Positions 9,111 to 17,014 of a stretch of 64,000 nucleotides of DNA are shown here, in pieces. A program made the translations under genes and the position numbers. The notes below the pieces were generated by a model. That model did not search any database, was not told the origin of the DNA, and saw nothing but the letters and a program-made list of their open reading frames with translations. The stretch covers positions 6,945-70,944 of the forward strand of contig JBAZKQ010000001.1 of the NCBI GenBank assembly GCA_041650715.1. The letters run 5' to 3'. Source of the DNA: Patescibacteria group bacterium (lineage in GTDB: Bacteria; Patescibacteriota; Patescibacteriia; Patescibacteriales; UBA12465). Position 1 is the stretch's first letter. Each line of letters begins with the position of its first letter.

Positions 9111-9150
9111 ATACAAAAAGCGGTCTGCGGAATCAGAGCGCTTTTTGTAT
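9111..9150 (+). terminator. Intrinsic terminator after the lysine-rich gene
   Basis: Perfect 12-bp inverted repeat atacaaaaagcg (9111-9122) / cgctttttgtat (9139-9150) around a 16-nt loop. Confidence 0.6.
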
Positions 9151-9170
9151 AGACTTTAATTGATGTATAG

Positions 9171-9200
9171 AAAAAGGACCAACTACAAAGTAATTGGTCC
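9171..9200 (-). terminator. Intrinsic terminator of minus-strand gene 9256..10020
   Basis: Stem ggaccaa (9176-9182) / ttggtcc (9194-9200). On the minus strand it is followed by a T-run (complement of aaaaa at 9171-9175). Confidence 0.55.
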
Positions 9201-9210
9201 CGAGTTTTAC

Positions 9211-9237
9211 GAGAAAGAACAAGCGAGAAAGAACAAG
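9211..9237. repeat. Tandem direct duplication of a 13-mer
   Basis: gagaaagaacaag occurs at 9211-9223 and again at 9225-9237, separated by a single c. It sits in the 3' UTR of the minus-strand gene. Confidence 0.9.
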
Positions 9238-9255
9238 TTTTAAATTTAACTGCGT

Positions 9256-10020
9256 TTAGACGATTATGCGCAGGGGGTTGATTGGTTCGAAGCGGACGAA
9301 TTTTTCCGATTCGGGAATTGCTACTTCGAATTGGCTTCCATTTTTGGTAACGCCGAGTTTTAATTCATAGTCGGCGATTGCGATTTGAGCAGGCTCTTCG
9401 GTCCCGTCAGGTTTTTTTACCATCGGTATGTCTTCACCCTTGCGCAAGTAGTTGTTTCTTAAAACGGCCACTTTCCCAGATTTTCTTACAGGGTCGATGT
9501 TGATATTTAACATCTGCCTGCCACTCAGGATTTCCGTTTTTTTTGTAATGGTCACTTTGGCAATAATGAATGATCCGAAATATTCGGGCCCAATAAAGAA
9601 ATGGCGAGCGACAGTCGGTCGCAAAGAGCCATTAGCGTTTCTGGTAGTCATGTCGCCATTTTGGTAATGAGCCGGTATTTCGAGATGTGTTAGTCCGTCG
9701 AGGCTTTCACTCTGGAAGGCAATAATTTGATGCCCTGAAATCGGGCTTAGAAATTTTGCACCAGAAGAAGGTAACGATATTTTGACATTTTCCTGTGAGA
9801 TCAGCTCCTCCGAATAAGAGCGGGAAAAAGGAATTGCTATTTCGGGTTTGCCCTCCTCCTTTCTTTTTCTGTTGATTTCTTTTGCCCAATTCTCGGCGGC
9901 TTCTTCGGCAACCTCGATTATGTCCATGGTTTCTTCCCAATCGGGAATCGAGTTTATTTCATTTTCTTCGGCGATTTCGGTGTCGATGTTTGCTTCGATT
10001 ACATCCAGTTCTGTGTTCAT
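9256..10020 (-). CDS. Hypothetical protein with a highly acidic N-terminal region
   Basis: 254-aa ORF. The first ~45 residues are Glu/Asp/Ile-rich (MNTELDVIEANIDTEIAEENEINSIPDWEETMDIIEVAEEAAENW). The remainder has no motif I recognise. It has its own terminator and a divergent promoter region. Confidence 0.6.
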   Translation of the reverse strand: MNTELDVIEANIDTEIAEENEINSIPDWEETMDIIEVAEEAAENWAKEINRKRKEEGKPEIAIPFSRSYSEELISQENVKISLPSSGAKFLSPISGHQIIAFQSESLDGLTHLEIPAHYQNGDMTTRNANGSLRPTVARHFFIGPEYFGSFIIAKVTITKKTEILSGRQMLNINIDPVRKSGKVAVLRNNYLRKGEDIPMVKKPDGTEEPAQIAIADYELKLGVTKNGSQFEVAIPESEKFVRFEPINPLRIIV

Positions 10021-10096
10021 GGTTTTGTCCTCCGTTTTTTAGGTTAGTTTTTTTTGTTTATTTTAAATTATTAAAGGTCTTGACTCTTAAATATAT

Positions 10097-10114
10097 CACA
10101 TTTAATTAATTGTG
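10097..10114. promoter_or_regulatory. 18-bp near-perfect palindrome in a divergent promoter region (possible operator)
   Basis: CACATTTAATTAATTGTG pairs at 8 of 9 positions. It is nested between TTGAC (10080) and GTCAA (10113). Confidence 0.3.
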
Positions 10115-10195
10115 TCAAGGATGTTTAGATTTCCTTCATCTTATATATAGTATAATTGTTTAGAATAATAATTAGCTAATATTAAGTAAAATATT

Positions 10196-11011
10196 ATGTT
10201 AAGAAAAAAGAGAAAATTTATGGCTTTTTCGGCGGTCCTGGCTTTAACCCTGGTATTACTCGGACTTATGCGAAATTTGGGCCAAGGTAAGCCAGAAATT
10301 GATTTTTTTGACGTTGGTCAGGGCGATTCCAGTTTGATTAAAGTCGGGGGAAAAACAGTATTAATTGATGGTGGACCGGATAATATAGTCTTAAAACGCC
10401 TTGGGGAAAATCTACCATATTTTAAGCGCCGGATTGATTATGTATTTATTAGCCATTTTCATGATGATCATATTAGTGGTTTGTTCGAGGTAATTCGCCG
10501 TTATCAAATTGGCGAGATTATATATATGAGGGGAGCGGAGTCGTCAGAACTTATGGACGCGCTTCTAAAAATGGCGGAGGCTAAGCATATTAAAATATTG
10601 GCCCTGCCGTCCCAAGCAAATTTGAACTTAGGATCAGGCTGTTCTTTCTTCTTATTAAATCCTTATAGTTTGTACATTAATAAAGACGCTAATAATTCCT
10701 TGGTGGCTAAATTAAATTGCTCGTCGTTTAAAGCCCTGTTTACCGGTGATGATAACGCGGCTGTCGAAGCGGCCCTAATTAAAACAGGAAAAGATTGGTC
10801 AGGAGATTTTTTCAAAGCGGCCCATCACGGTTCTAAAACCGCTAATAGCGCAGAGTTTTTACGAGCGGTGAATCCGCGCTTAATTGTTATCTCTGTCGGT
10901 GCACTAAATCGTTTCGGGCATCCCAGTCAGGAAATAATCGAAAGACTAAGTAATATGGGTTTTAAATTCAAACGAACTGATCAAATAGGCACAGTAAAAA
11001 TAAATGAATAG
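10196..11011 (+). CDS. ComEC/Rec2-related metallo-beta-lactamase-domain protein (stand-alone, membrane-anchored)
   Basis: 271 aa. It has an N-terminal hydrophobic anchor, then FFDVGQGDSSLI, HFHDDHISG and AAHHGSKTANS...GHPSQE. These are the MBL motifs as arranged in the C-terminal domain of ComEC. The competence-channel domain is absent. Confidence 0.75.
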   Translation: MLRKKRKFMAFSAVLALTLVLLGLMRNLGQGKPEIDFFDVGQGDSSLIKVGGKTVLIDGGPDNIVLKRLGENLPYFKRRIDYVFISHFHDDHISGLFEVIRRYQIGEIIYMRGAESSELMDALLKMAEAKHIKILALPSQANLNLGSGCSFFLLNPYSLYINKDANNSLVAKLNCSSFKALFTGDDNAAVEAALIKTGKDWSGDFFKAAHHGSKTANSAEFLRAVNPRLIVISVGALNRFGHPSQEIIERLSNMGFKFKRTDQIGTVKINE

Positions 11012-11062
11012 TAAAGTGAAATAATCGCGATTATTGGCCATGTTTTAGGACTCGGACTGGTA

Positions 11063-11091
11063 TTGACAGATATATTCAATTATGATAAGAT
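11063..11091 (+). promoter_or_regulatory. Candidate promoter of gene 11192..12106
   Basis: TTGACA (11063-11068), a 17-nt spacer, then an extended -10 TGaTAAGAT (-10 at 11086-11091). Confidence 0.5.
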
Positions 11092-11191
11092 AATTAATCA
11101 AAGCTGGGAGTATATCTTATATATAGTAGCTTTGATAAAAAGATATTGAACATTAAAAATAACAAAAAAATAACAATCAAAAAAAGACACC

Positions 11192-12106
11192 ATGAAAAAA
11201 CTAATTCTGATTTTAGTTGCCGCCATGCTGGCACCAACCATTTCCTTCGCTCAAGCGAAAGTTACCAACAGTACTTCTGGAATGATAACGATTAAACCAG
11301 TCGACAAAGGCGCTGAGCTGATGATTCCACCGCACAGAACACTTACCGCAAGTTTTGCGCCATCTTCAGGAGTCTTCAAATTTTACCTGTTCTATTATGA
11401 AGGCTCAACTGAGAAATCAGCCGGCTTAATAGAAAAAAGTATTAATAAAGGCGGGTTTGAAATTACCAAAGCTGACCAATCTGGTCAGAAACAGGCTTTA
11501 GCAAAGACCACGGAAATCGGTATTATGCCAAAAAGTAAATCTTACACAGGCAGTTCATCTAACCCCACAACCACATTGGTTTTGATCGATAGCAGCGACT
11601 ATAAAGTCGTAGCCCTTGATAGTCCATTTGTTGGCACGGCGCTAGCTCCAAATCAAACCAGTATGCGACAATATACCGTTGAAACTGGTCAGATTGAAAT
11701 TACTTTCAAGCATGATGTAGTAAAGGAAGGCGAAGATATGGCTAAGGGGCGTAAATATCGCCAATCAGTTTACTCTGGAATCATTGTTGAGGGACAAACA
11801 ACGTTGGTCCTAAAAAACGAGAACCTAATGGAACTGAAAGGCGAGCCAATCGAAACTTTGGCGAAGTCACTTATTCCATATAAGTTTACATTTTCCGCTG
11901 GACCATGGAAGGGACAAGCTTTACGGACTGGTGACTACACTAAAAAAGCCCAACTCTCCGAAGGATTTAACTCGCTGTCCATTCAATTTGTCGGTTCTGA
12001 TGGCTTAAAGTATCAAGCCGATATTGAGGTTATCGTGACAAAACACGATAAACCATTGTTCTTCCGCGAATCAGACATCGTTAACAAAAAAGTAATTAAG
12101 CAATAG
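11192..12106 (+). CDS. Secreted hypothetical protein
   Basis: 304 aa with a Sec signal peptide MKKLILILVAAMLAPTISFAQA. It has no recognisable domain. Codon usage is atypical (11 CCA, 1 CCG and 1 CCC for Pro by hand count) and it ends in TAG. It has its own promoter and terminator. Confidence 0.65.
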   Translation: MKKLILILVAAMLAPTISFAQAKVTNSTSGMITIKPVDKGAELMIPPHRTLTASFAPSSGVFKFYLFYYEGSTEKSAGLIEKSINKGGFEITKADQSGQKQALAKTTEIGIMPKSKSYTGSSSNPTTTLVLIDSSDYKVVALDSPFVGTALAPNQTSMRQYTVETGQIEITFKHDVVKEGEDMAKGRKYRQSVYSGIIVEGQTTLVLKNENLMELKGEPIETLAKSLIPYKFTFSAGPWKGQALRTGDYTKKAQLSEGFNSLSIQFVGSDGLKYQADIEVIVTKHDKPLFFRESDIVNKKVIKQ

Positions 12107-12128
12107 AAAATTACTTAAATTAGCTCAT

Positions 12129-12156
12129 AAAGGCTTCTACAAAGGAAGCCTTTTTT
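12129..12156 (+). terminator. Intrinsic terminator
   Basis: 9-bp stem aaaggcttc (12129-12137) / gaagccttt (12145-12153), a 7-nt loop, and a T-run to 12156. Confidence 0.7.
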
Positions 12157-12179
12157 ATTATTTATCAGCTTATTTTCGG

Positions 12180-12208
12180 TTGACCAAGGACCCTCGCTTT
12201 GCTATACT
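12180..12208 (+). promoter_or_regulatory. Candidate promoter of the MBL-fold hydrolase/ndk operon
   Basis: TTGACC (12180-12185), a 17-nt spacer, then an extended -10 TGcTATACT (-10 at 12203-12208). The TTG that the ORF track uses as a start codon is the -35 element itself. Confidence 0.55.
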
Positions 12209-12248
12209 AAAAGTAAGCTTAGACAGCTATTTTTATTGTAAAAGAAAT

Positions 12249-12893
12249 ATGATTATCACTTGGCAGGGGCATTCGTGCTTCAAAATACAGGATAAAAGCG
12301 GGCCCGACGGCGTGACGGTTGTGACCGATCCGTTTAATAAAGAGGTCGGATTAAAGGTCCCGAATTTCGAGGCGGACATAGTTACTGTCTCGCATGATTT
12401 ACCCGACCATAATAACGTTGCGGCGCTACGCGGTACACCCTTTATGATTAATTGCGCCGGCGAATATGATTTTAAAGGCGTCCTTATCGAAGGAATCGAT
12501 TCTTATCATGATGATAAAAAAGGTGCGGAACTTGGTGGTAATATTATGTATCGGATTGAAATTGACGATATTTCCGTAGCCCACCTCGGCGATCTCGGCG
12601 ACGTTTTGGATAATGCCCAAATTGAAAAATTAATCGGTACGGACGTTTTGTTAATCCCGGTCGGCGGAACTTATACGCTCGACGCCAAAAAAGCGGTTGA
12701 GGTAATTTCGCAGATTGAACCGCGCATCGTTATCCCGATGCATTATAAAACTAAAGATTCAAAGATTGAGTTGGACTCGATTGATAAGTTTATTAAAGAG
12801 TTGGGGCTAACTCCATCCTACGAAGAAAAATTAAAAATTTCCAAGAAAGATCTTCCGAGTGAAGATATGGAACTGGTTATATTAAGTATTTAA
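12249..12893 (+). CDS. MBL-fold metal-dependent hydrolase (UPF0173-like)
   Basis: Start moved to the ATG at 12249 (MIITWQGHSCFKIQ...), downstream of the predicted promoter. The motifs VSHDLPDHNN, HLGDLG and IPMHY fit the beta-lactamase-fold UPF0173 family. Confidence 0.8.
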   Translation: MIITWQGHSCFKIQDKSGPDGVTVVTDPFNKEVGLKVPNFEADIVTVSHDLPDHNNVAALRGTPFMINCAGEYDFKGVLIEGIDSYHDDKKGAELGGNIMYRIEIDDISVAHLGDLGDVLDNAQIEKLIGTDVLLIPVGGTYTLDAKKAVEVISQIEPRIVIPMHYKTKDSKIELDSIDKFIKELGLTPSYEEKLKISKKDLPSEDMELVILSI

Positions 12894-12897
12894 AATT

Positions 12898-13500
12898 ATG
12901 AACAACCCTAAAAAGGAAAGAACTTTTGTTATTCTTAAACCCGATACGGTCCAAAGAGGCTTGGTCGGTGAGTTAATTAAACGGATTGAAAACACCGGTT
13001 TGAAATTGGTGGCCATGAAAATGGTTAATGCGACCGAAGAACAACTTTGGGATCATTATAAAAAAGATGACGCTTGGTTCTTGAAAAAAGGAACGCGTAC
13101 GATTGAAGAACGTACGTCCATGGGAATGCCGATTGAAAAAGAGGCTCTCGAATATGGCAAGGATATTATTCGCGCCTTAGTTAAATTTATGAGTTGCGGA
13201 CCGATTGTCCCGATGGTTTGGGAAGGAAATCAGGCAGTAGGTATAATTAAAAAAATTGTCGGCTCGACCGAACCTCTAACTTCCGACGGCGGTACGATTC
13301 GCGGCGACTATACACTCGATTCCTATGAACTCGCGAGTCTCGATGCTCGGGCGGTACGCAATTTAGTCCATTGCTCCGACCCGATTGAAGACGCGGCCCG
13401 GGAAATTCCGATTTGGTTTAACGATTCTGAAATATTGAATTATCGTTTAATCAGCGAGCAAATACTTTACGATATAAATTTGGATGGAATTAAGGAGTAG
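12898..13500 (+). CDS. ndk: Nucleoside-diphosphate kinase, long variant
   Basis: ERTFVILKPDTVQRGLVGELI, GPIVPMVWEG, GTIRGDY and NLVHCSD (catalytic His) are all present. At 200 aa it exceeds the usual ~140-150 because of two insertions. Confidence 0.85.
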   Translation: MNNPKKERTFVILKPDTVQRGLVGELIKRIENTGLKLVAMKMVNATEEQLWDHYKKDDAWFLKKGTRTIEERTSMGMPIEKEALEYGKDIIRALVKFMSCGPIVPMVWEGNQAVGIIKKIVGSTEPLTSDGGTIRGDYTLDSYELASLDARAVRNLVHCSDPIEDAAREIPIWFNDSEILNYRLISEQILYDINLDGIKE

Positions 13501-13516
13501 CTAATAGATTTTTTGT

Positions 13517-14014
13517 ATGGAAGACCAGACTAAGAAAAAATTTTTAATGAAAGTTGGGATTATTTCAATCATGGCGTTAATCCTAATTTTTTGGATTCTA
13601 AATATTAAAAATGTTTTTCATGATAACGCGGTCGCCGGCGCCGATCAAGATGCGGCTCAGTGGCAGAATCTAAGAAATAATTTTAGCGTGACCGTATCGG
13701 AAATGACAAAGAGTCTGGATAAAATCAAAGAAACGGACGCCGCCTTGAAAACCGCTTCCAGCTCCTTACTTGAAGCCTTAATTAAAGAAACTGATAAAAT
13801 CGCCGCCTCGAGCACAATAGAAACAGCGAGTAGCAGCGAGGTAACTGGAAACACTCCGGTAATCGCTACCAGCACTGATAAAGTGGCCAGCTCGACGTCA
13901 GAGATAACAAAAAATAATTGTCCGCCCTATATAAATTGTATGCCGACAATCGGCGAGGCTCGACCTTGCGTGGTTCCGGCCGGATGCGAGGGGATAACCC
14001 AAATAGCCTATTAA
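13517..14014 (+). CDS. Membrane-anchored hypothetical protein with Ser/Thr-rich linker and Cys-containing C-terminus
   Basis: 165 aa. It has one N-terminal TM segment (VGIISIMALILIFWIL), an Ala/Ser/Thr-rich middle and a C-terminal CPPYINCMPTIGEARPCVVPAGCEG. Confidence 0.55.
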   Translation: MEDQTKKKFLMKVGIISIMALILIFWILNIKNVFHDNAVAGADQDAAQWQNLRNNFSVTVSEMTKSLDKIKETDAALKTASSSLLEALIKETDKIAASSTIETASSSEVTGNTPVIATSTDKVASSTSEITKNNCPPYINCMPTIGEARPCVVPAGCEGITQIAY

Positions 14015-14023
14015 TTTTTATTT

Positions 14024-16549
14024 ATGCCAAGAACAGACAAAGAGCCAAAAGAAAATAATTCCGAAGAAGAACCGGAAATAATTCCCAACTCGCGCCGCCA
14101 GACCGAATTCGGCATTATTCAAGACCAGCCATTAGTGGATGAAATGAGTAAGTCTTATCTGGAATACGCGATGAGCGTTATTGTTTCTCGTGCTCTGCCC
14201 GATGTGCGCGACGGCTTAAAACCGGTTCATCGTCGCATTCTTTATGCGATGTGGAATATCGGTTTACGCGCGAATGTTAAATTTCGAAAATCAGCGACGG
14301 TCGTCGGTGAAGTTTTAGGTAAATATCATCCTCATGGCGACTCGGCAGTTTATGATTCAATGGTACGTATGGCGCAAGATTTTTCGATGCGCTATCCGCT
14401 TGTCCGCGGTCAAGGTAACTTTGGTTCCATGGACGGCGACAACGCGGCCGCTATGCGTTATACCGAAGCGAAATTATCCGCTATTTCCGAGGAAATGCTT
14501 TTTGATATTGATAAAGATACCGTTGATTTTATACCGAATTATGATGGCAGCCATAAGGAGCCGCGCGTTTTGCCCTCAAAACTTCCTAATTTATTATTGA
14601 ACGGCACCATGGGTATCGCCGTCGGTATGGCGACCAATATTCCGCCCCATAATTTAAAAGAACTGGCTGACGCGATCGACCATCTTATTGAAAATCCGGA
14701 CGCGAGCATCGAAGACTTGATGAAGTTCGTAAAAGGTCCTGATTTCCCGACAGGCGGGATGATTTATGACAAGAAAGAAATTTTAGCGGCCTATGCGACC
14801 GGTAAAGGTGGTATCGTTTTACGTGGCCGGGCGGACATTGAGGAACAAAAAGGCGGTAGTTTTCAAATTATTGTTTCCGAAATTCCTTACCAAGTTAACA
14901 AGGCCGATCTCGTCGAAAAAATTGCCGATTTAGTTAAAGATAAAAAAATAGAAGGGATCAAGGCTTTGCGCGACGAGTCCGATAAAGACGGCGTCCGCAT
15001 TGTTATGGAACTTAAGAAAGATTCCTATCCGAAGAAAATTTTAAACAGCTTATATAAACACACTTCTTTACAGACGACTTTCCATCTTAATATGCTGGCG
15101 CTCGTTGACGGCATCCAGCCTAAAGTTTTGACCTTAAAGATGATTCTTGAAGAATATATTAAGCACCGTGAGGAAGTTATCCGCCGCCGGACGCAATTTG
15201 ATTTGAATAAAGCAAAAGATAGAGCGCATATTTTGGAGGGCTTAATGATTGCTCTAAAGCATATCGATGAGGTTATTAAAACGATTAAAGCTTCTAAGGA
15301 TAAAGAAGTCGCCAAATTAAATTTAATTAAGAAATTCAAATTATCGGAGCGCCAGGCGATCGCTATTTTGGAAATGCGCTTGCAGAATCTCGCGAATCTT
15401 GAACAATTAAAGATTGAAGCGGAGTTAAAAGAAAAAATGGCACTTATTAAAGAACTTGAAGCGATTCTTAAATCAGTGGCGCGTATTCGTAAAATTGTAA
15501 AAGATGAACTACGCGTGCTCGCCGATAAATATGGCGACGAAAGACGAACAGAAGTTATTCCGCACGGCGTCGGCGAATTTAGCATGGAAGATTTGGTGCC
15601 GAATGAGGAGACGGTTGTGATGATGACGCGCGATGGCTATATTAAACGCTTAGAGCCGGATACTTTTAAGGTTCAAGCACGGGGCGGCAAAGGCGTTATG
15701 GGACTGACGACCAAGGAAGAGGATACGGTTGAATTCATGTTTACCTCCCTCACTCATAACGATATTCTATTTTTCACGACTAAGGGCCGAGCCTTCCAAT
15801 TAAAAGTCTATGAAATTCCGCAAGCTTCCCGCGTCGCTAAAGGCACGCCGGTCGTTAATTTTTTGCAGTTGATCGGCGGCGAGCAGGTGTCTTCAATCCT
15901 GCCTTTGGATAAAGCCGTCTTTAGTAAATATTTATTCTTTGCGACAGAGAAAGGCCTCGTGAAGAAAGTCGAGTTAGCCGCTTTCAGTAATGTCCGCCGC
16001 AGCGGTTTGATTGCGATTAAGATTAAGGATGACGATAAATTGATTTGGGTAAAACCGACATCAGGTAGCGACCATATTCAACTCGTAACTGCCAAAGGCC
16101 AGGCGATACGTTTCAAAGAAACCGATGTCCGCGACATGGGCCGCGGTGCCGCTGGTGTTCACGGTATTCGTTTACATTCCGATGATTTAGTTATTGGGAT
16201 GGGAATTGCAAAAACCGACAAAGAGAAAAAAAGAAATTATCAGATATTAACAATTATGGCCCACGGCTTTGGCAAGCGTACCGAGCTTAACTCTTATAAA
16301 GTTCAGGGCCGCGGCGGCAGCGGTATCAAGACCGCGAAGGTAACGACTAAGACGGGCGATATTACTAATGCCTTCTTGGTCAATGCGGACAGTATGGAGG
16401 GGAGAGATATTATTATTATTTCGGAAAACGGACAGGTTATCCGCACGCCGTTTAAGACGGTGAGCGTGCTGGGCCGCGATACACAGGGAGTCAGAATAAT
16501 GCGCTTTAAAGAAGAAAACGATAAGGTCGCCGGAGTTACTTGGGTATAA
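14024..16549 (+). CDS. gyrA: DNA gyrase subunit A
   Basis: 841 aa. It has [33 protein letters not shown] and the [10 protein letters not shown] active-site Tyr region, plus C-terminal beta-pinwheel repeats. Confidence 0.95.
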   Translation: MPRTDKEPKENNSEEEPEIIPNSRRQTEFGIIQDQPLVDEMSKSYLEYAMSVIVSRALPDVRDGLKPVHRRILYAMWNIGLRANVKFRKSATVVGEVLGKYHPHGDSAVYDSMVRMAQDFSMRYPLVRGQGNFGSMDGDNAAAMRYTEAKLSAISEEMLFDIDKDTVDFIPNYDGSHKEPRVLPSKLPNLLLNGTMGIAVGMATNIPPHNLKELADAIDHLIENPDASIEDLMKFVKGPDFPTGGMIYDKKEILAAYATGKGGIVLRGRADIEEQKGGSFQIIVSEIPYQVNKADLVEKIADLVKDKKIEGIKALRDESDKDGVRIVMELKKDSYPKKILNSLYKHTSLQTTFHLNMLALVDGIQPKVLTLKMILEEYIKHREEVIRRRTQFDLNKAKDRAHILEGLMIALKHIDEVIKTIKASKDKEVAKLNLIKKFKLSERQAIAILEMRLQNLANLEQLKIEAELKEKMALIKELEAILKSVARIRKIVKDELRVLADKYGDERRTEVIPHGVGEFSMEDLVPNEETVVMMTRDGYIKRLEPDTFKVQARGGKGVMGLTTKEEDTVEFMFTSLTHNDILFFTTKGRAFQLKVYEIPQASRVAKGTPVVNFLQLIGGEQVSSILPLDKAVFSKYLFFATEKGLVKKVELAAFSNVRRSGLIAIKIKDDDKLIWVKPTSGSDHIQLVTAKGQAIRFKETDVRDMGRGAAGVHGIRLHSDDLVIGMGIAKTDKEKKRNYQILTIMAHGFGKRTELNSYKVQGRGGSGIKTAKVTTKTGDITNAFLVNADSMEGRDIIIISENGQVIRTPFKTVSVLGRDTQGVRIMRFKEENDKVAGVTWV

Positions 16550-16556
16550 AATTAAA

Positions 16557-16579
16557 GGCCGGCTTCCTGCCGGTCTTTT
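16557..16579 (+). terminator. Intrinsic terminator after gyrA
   Basis: Stem ggccggc (16557-16563) / gccggtc (16569-16575) including one G-U pair, a 5-nt loop, then TTTT. Confidence 0.55.
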
Positions 16580-16587
16580 GCTATAAT
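16579..16587 (+). promoter_or_regulatory. Extended -10 element upstream of mscL
   Basis: TGcTATAAT at 16579-16587, 17 nt upstream of the mscL ATG. Confidence 0.4.
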
Positions 16588-16603
16588 ATTATCTTACAAA
16601 TAT

Positions 16604-16999
16604 ATGAAAAGATACATCCGTGAGTTTAAGGAGTTTGCCGTTAAGGGCAACGTTGTTGACTTGGCCGTCGCGGTCATTATCGGCGGCGCTTTTGGAAAAA
16701 TTGTTTCTTCGCTGGTCGCTGATGTCGTTATGCCGCTCATCGGTTTAATCATCGGCGGCGTTGATTTTGCCGCTTGGAAAATCGCACTGCGTCCGGGGGT
16801 AACCATGAATATCGGTGCGTTTGTGCAAAATGTCTTCGATTTTATAATTATCGCGCTGGTTATCTTTGTCATGGTTAAAATTATCGGTCGCTTAAAAAAG
16901 CAGTTGATTAAGGAAGAGGCCAAAGGCGAAGTCGCCCCCCCGCCTTTAACGAAAGACCAAGAGCTGCTTGGTGAAATTAGAGATTTATTGAAAAAATAA
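16604..16999 (+). CDS. mscL: Large-conductance mechanosensitive channel
   Basis: 131 aa. The N-terminus [40 protein letters not shown] is the canonical MscL TM1 region. Confidence 0.9.
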   Translation: MKRYIREFKEFAVKGNVVDLAVAVIIGGAFGKIVSSLVADVVMPLIGLIIGGVDFAAWKIALRPGVTMNIGAFVQNVFDFIIIALVIFVMVKIIGRLKKQLIKEEAKGEVAPPPLTKDQELLGEIRDLLKK

Positions 17000-17014
17000 T
17001 ATTAGGGTAAATTT

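Noticed and set aside
9211-9237. Tandem 13-mer duplication (gagaaagaacaag x2) as a possible repeat array or CRISPR-like element.
   Set aside because: There are only two copies, with no spacer structure. They sit in a 3' UTR, most likely from a slippage duplication.
10111-10128. Shared short motifs GTCAAGG and GATGTTT in the upstream regions of genes 10196 (tgtgtcaaggatgtttag) and 18911 (gatgtttgtcaaggct), plus GTCAAGA upstream of lepB (28634).
   Set aside because: They are only 7-mers, in different order and at different distances from the start codons. Each 7-mer is expected several times by chance in 128 kb of two-strand sequence. That is not enough to call a regulon motif without genome-wide statistics.
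12180-12248. TTG-initiated 5' extension of the MBL-fold hydrolase ORF as given in the track. Similar TTG extensions occur at 22108, 26451, 27504 and 46477.
   Set aside because: The TTG at 12180 is the -35 hexamer of a TTGACC-17-TATACT promoter. The conserved protein N-terminus begins at the downstream ATG (MIITWQGHSCF). The other extensions run into the preceding gene or a -10 element, and each has an ATG at the homologous N-terminus.
15025-15585. 186-aa minus-strand ORF inside gyrA.
   Set aside because: It is antisense to an unambiguous gyrA segment. The product is Ser/Ile/Arg-rich low-complexity sequence with no independent signals.
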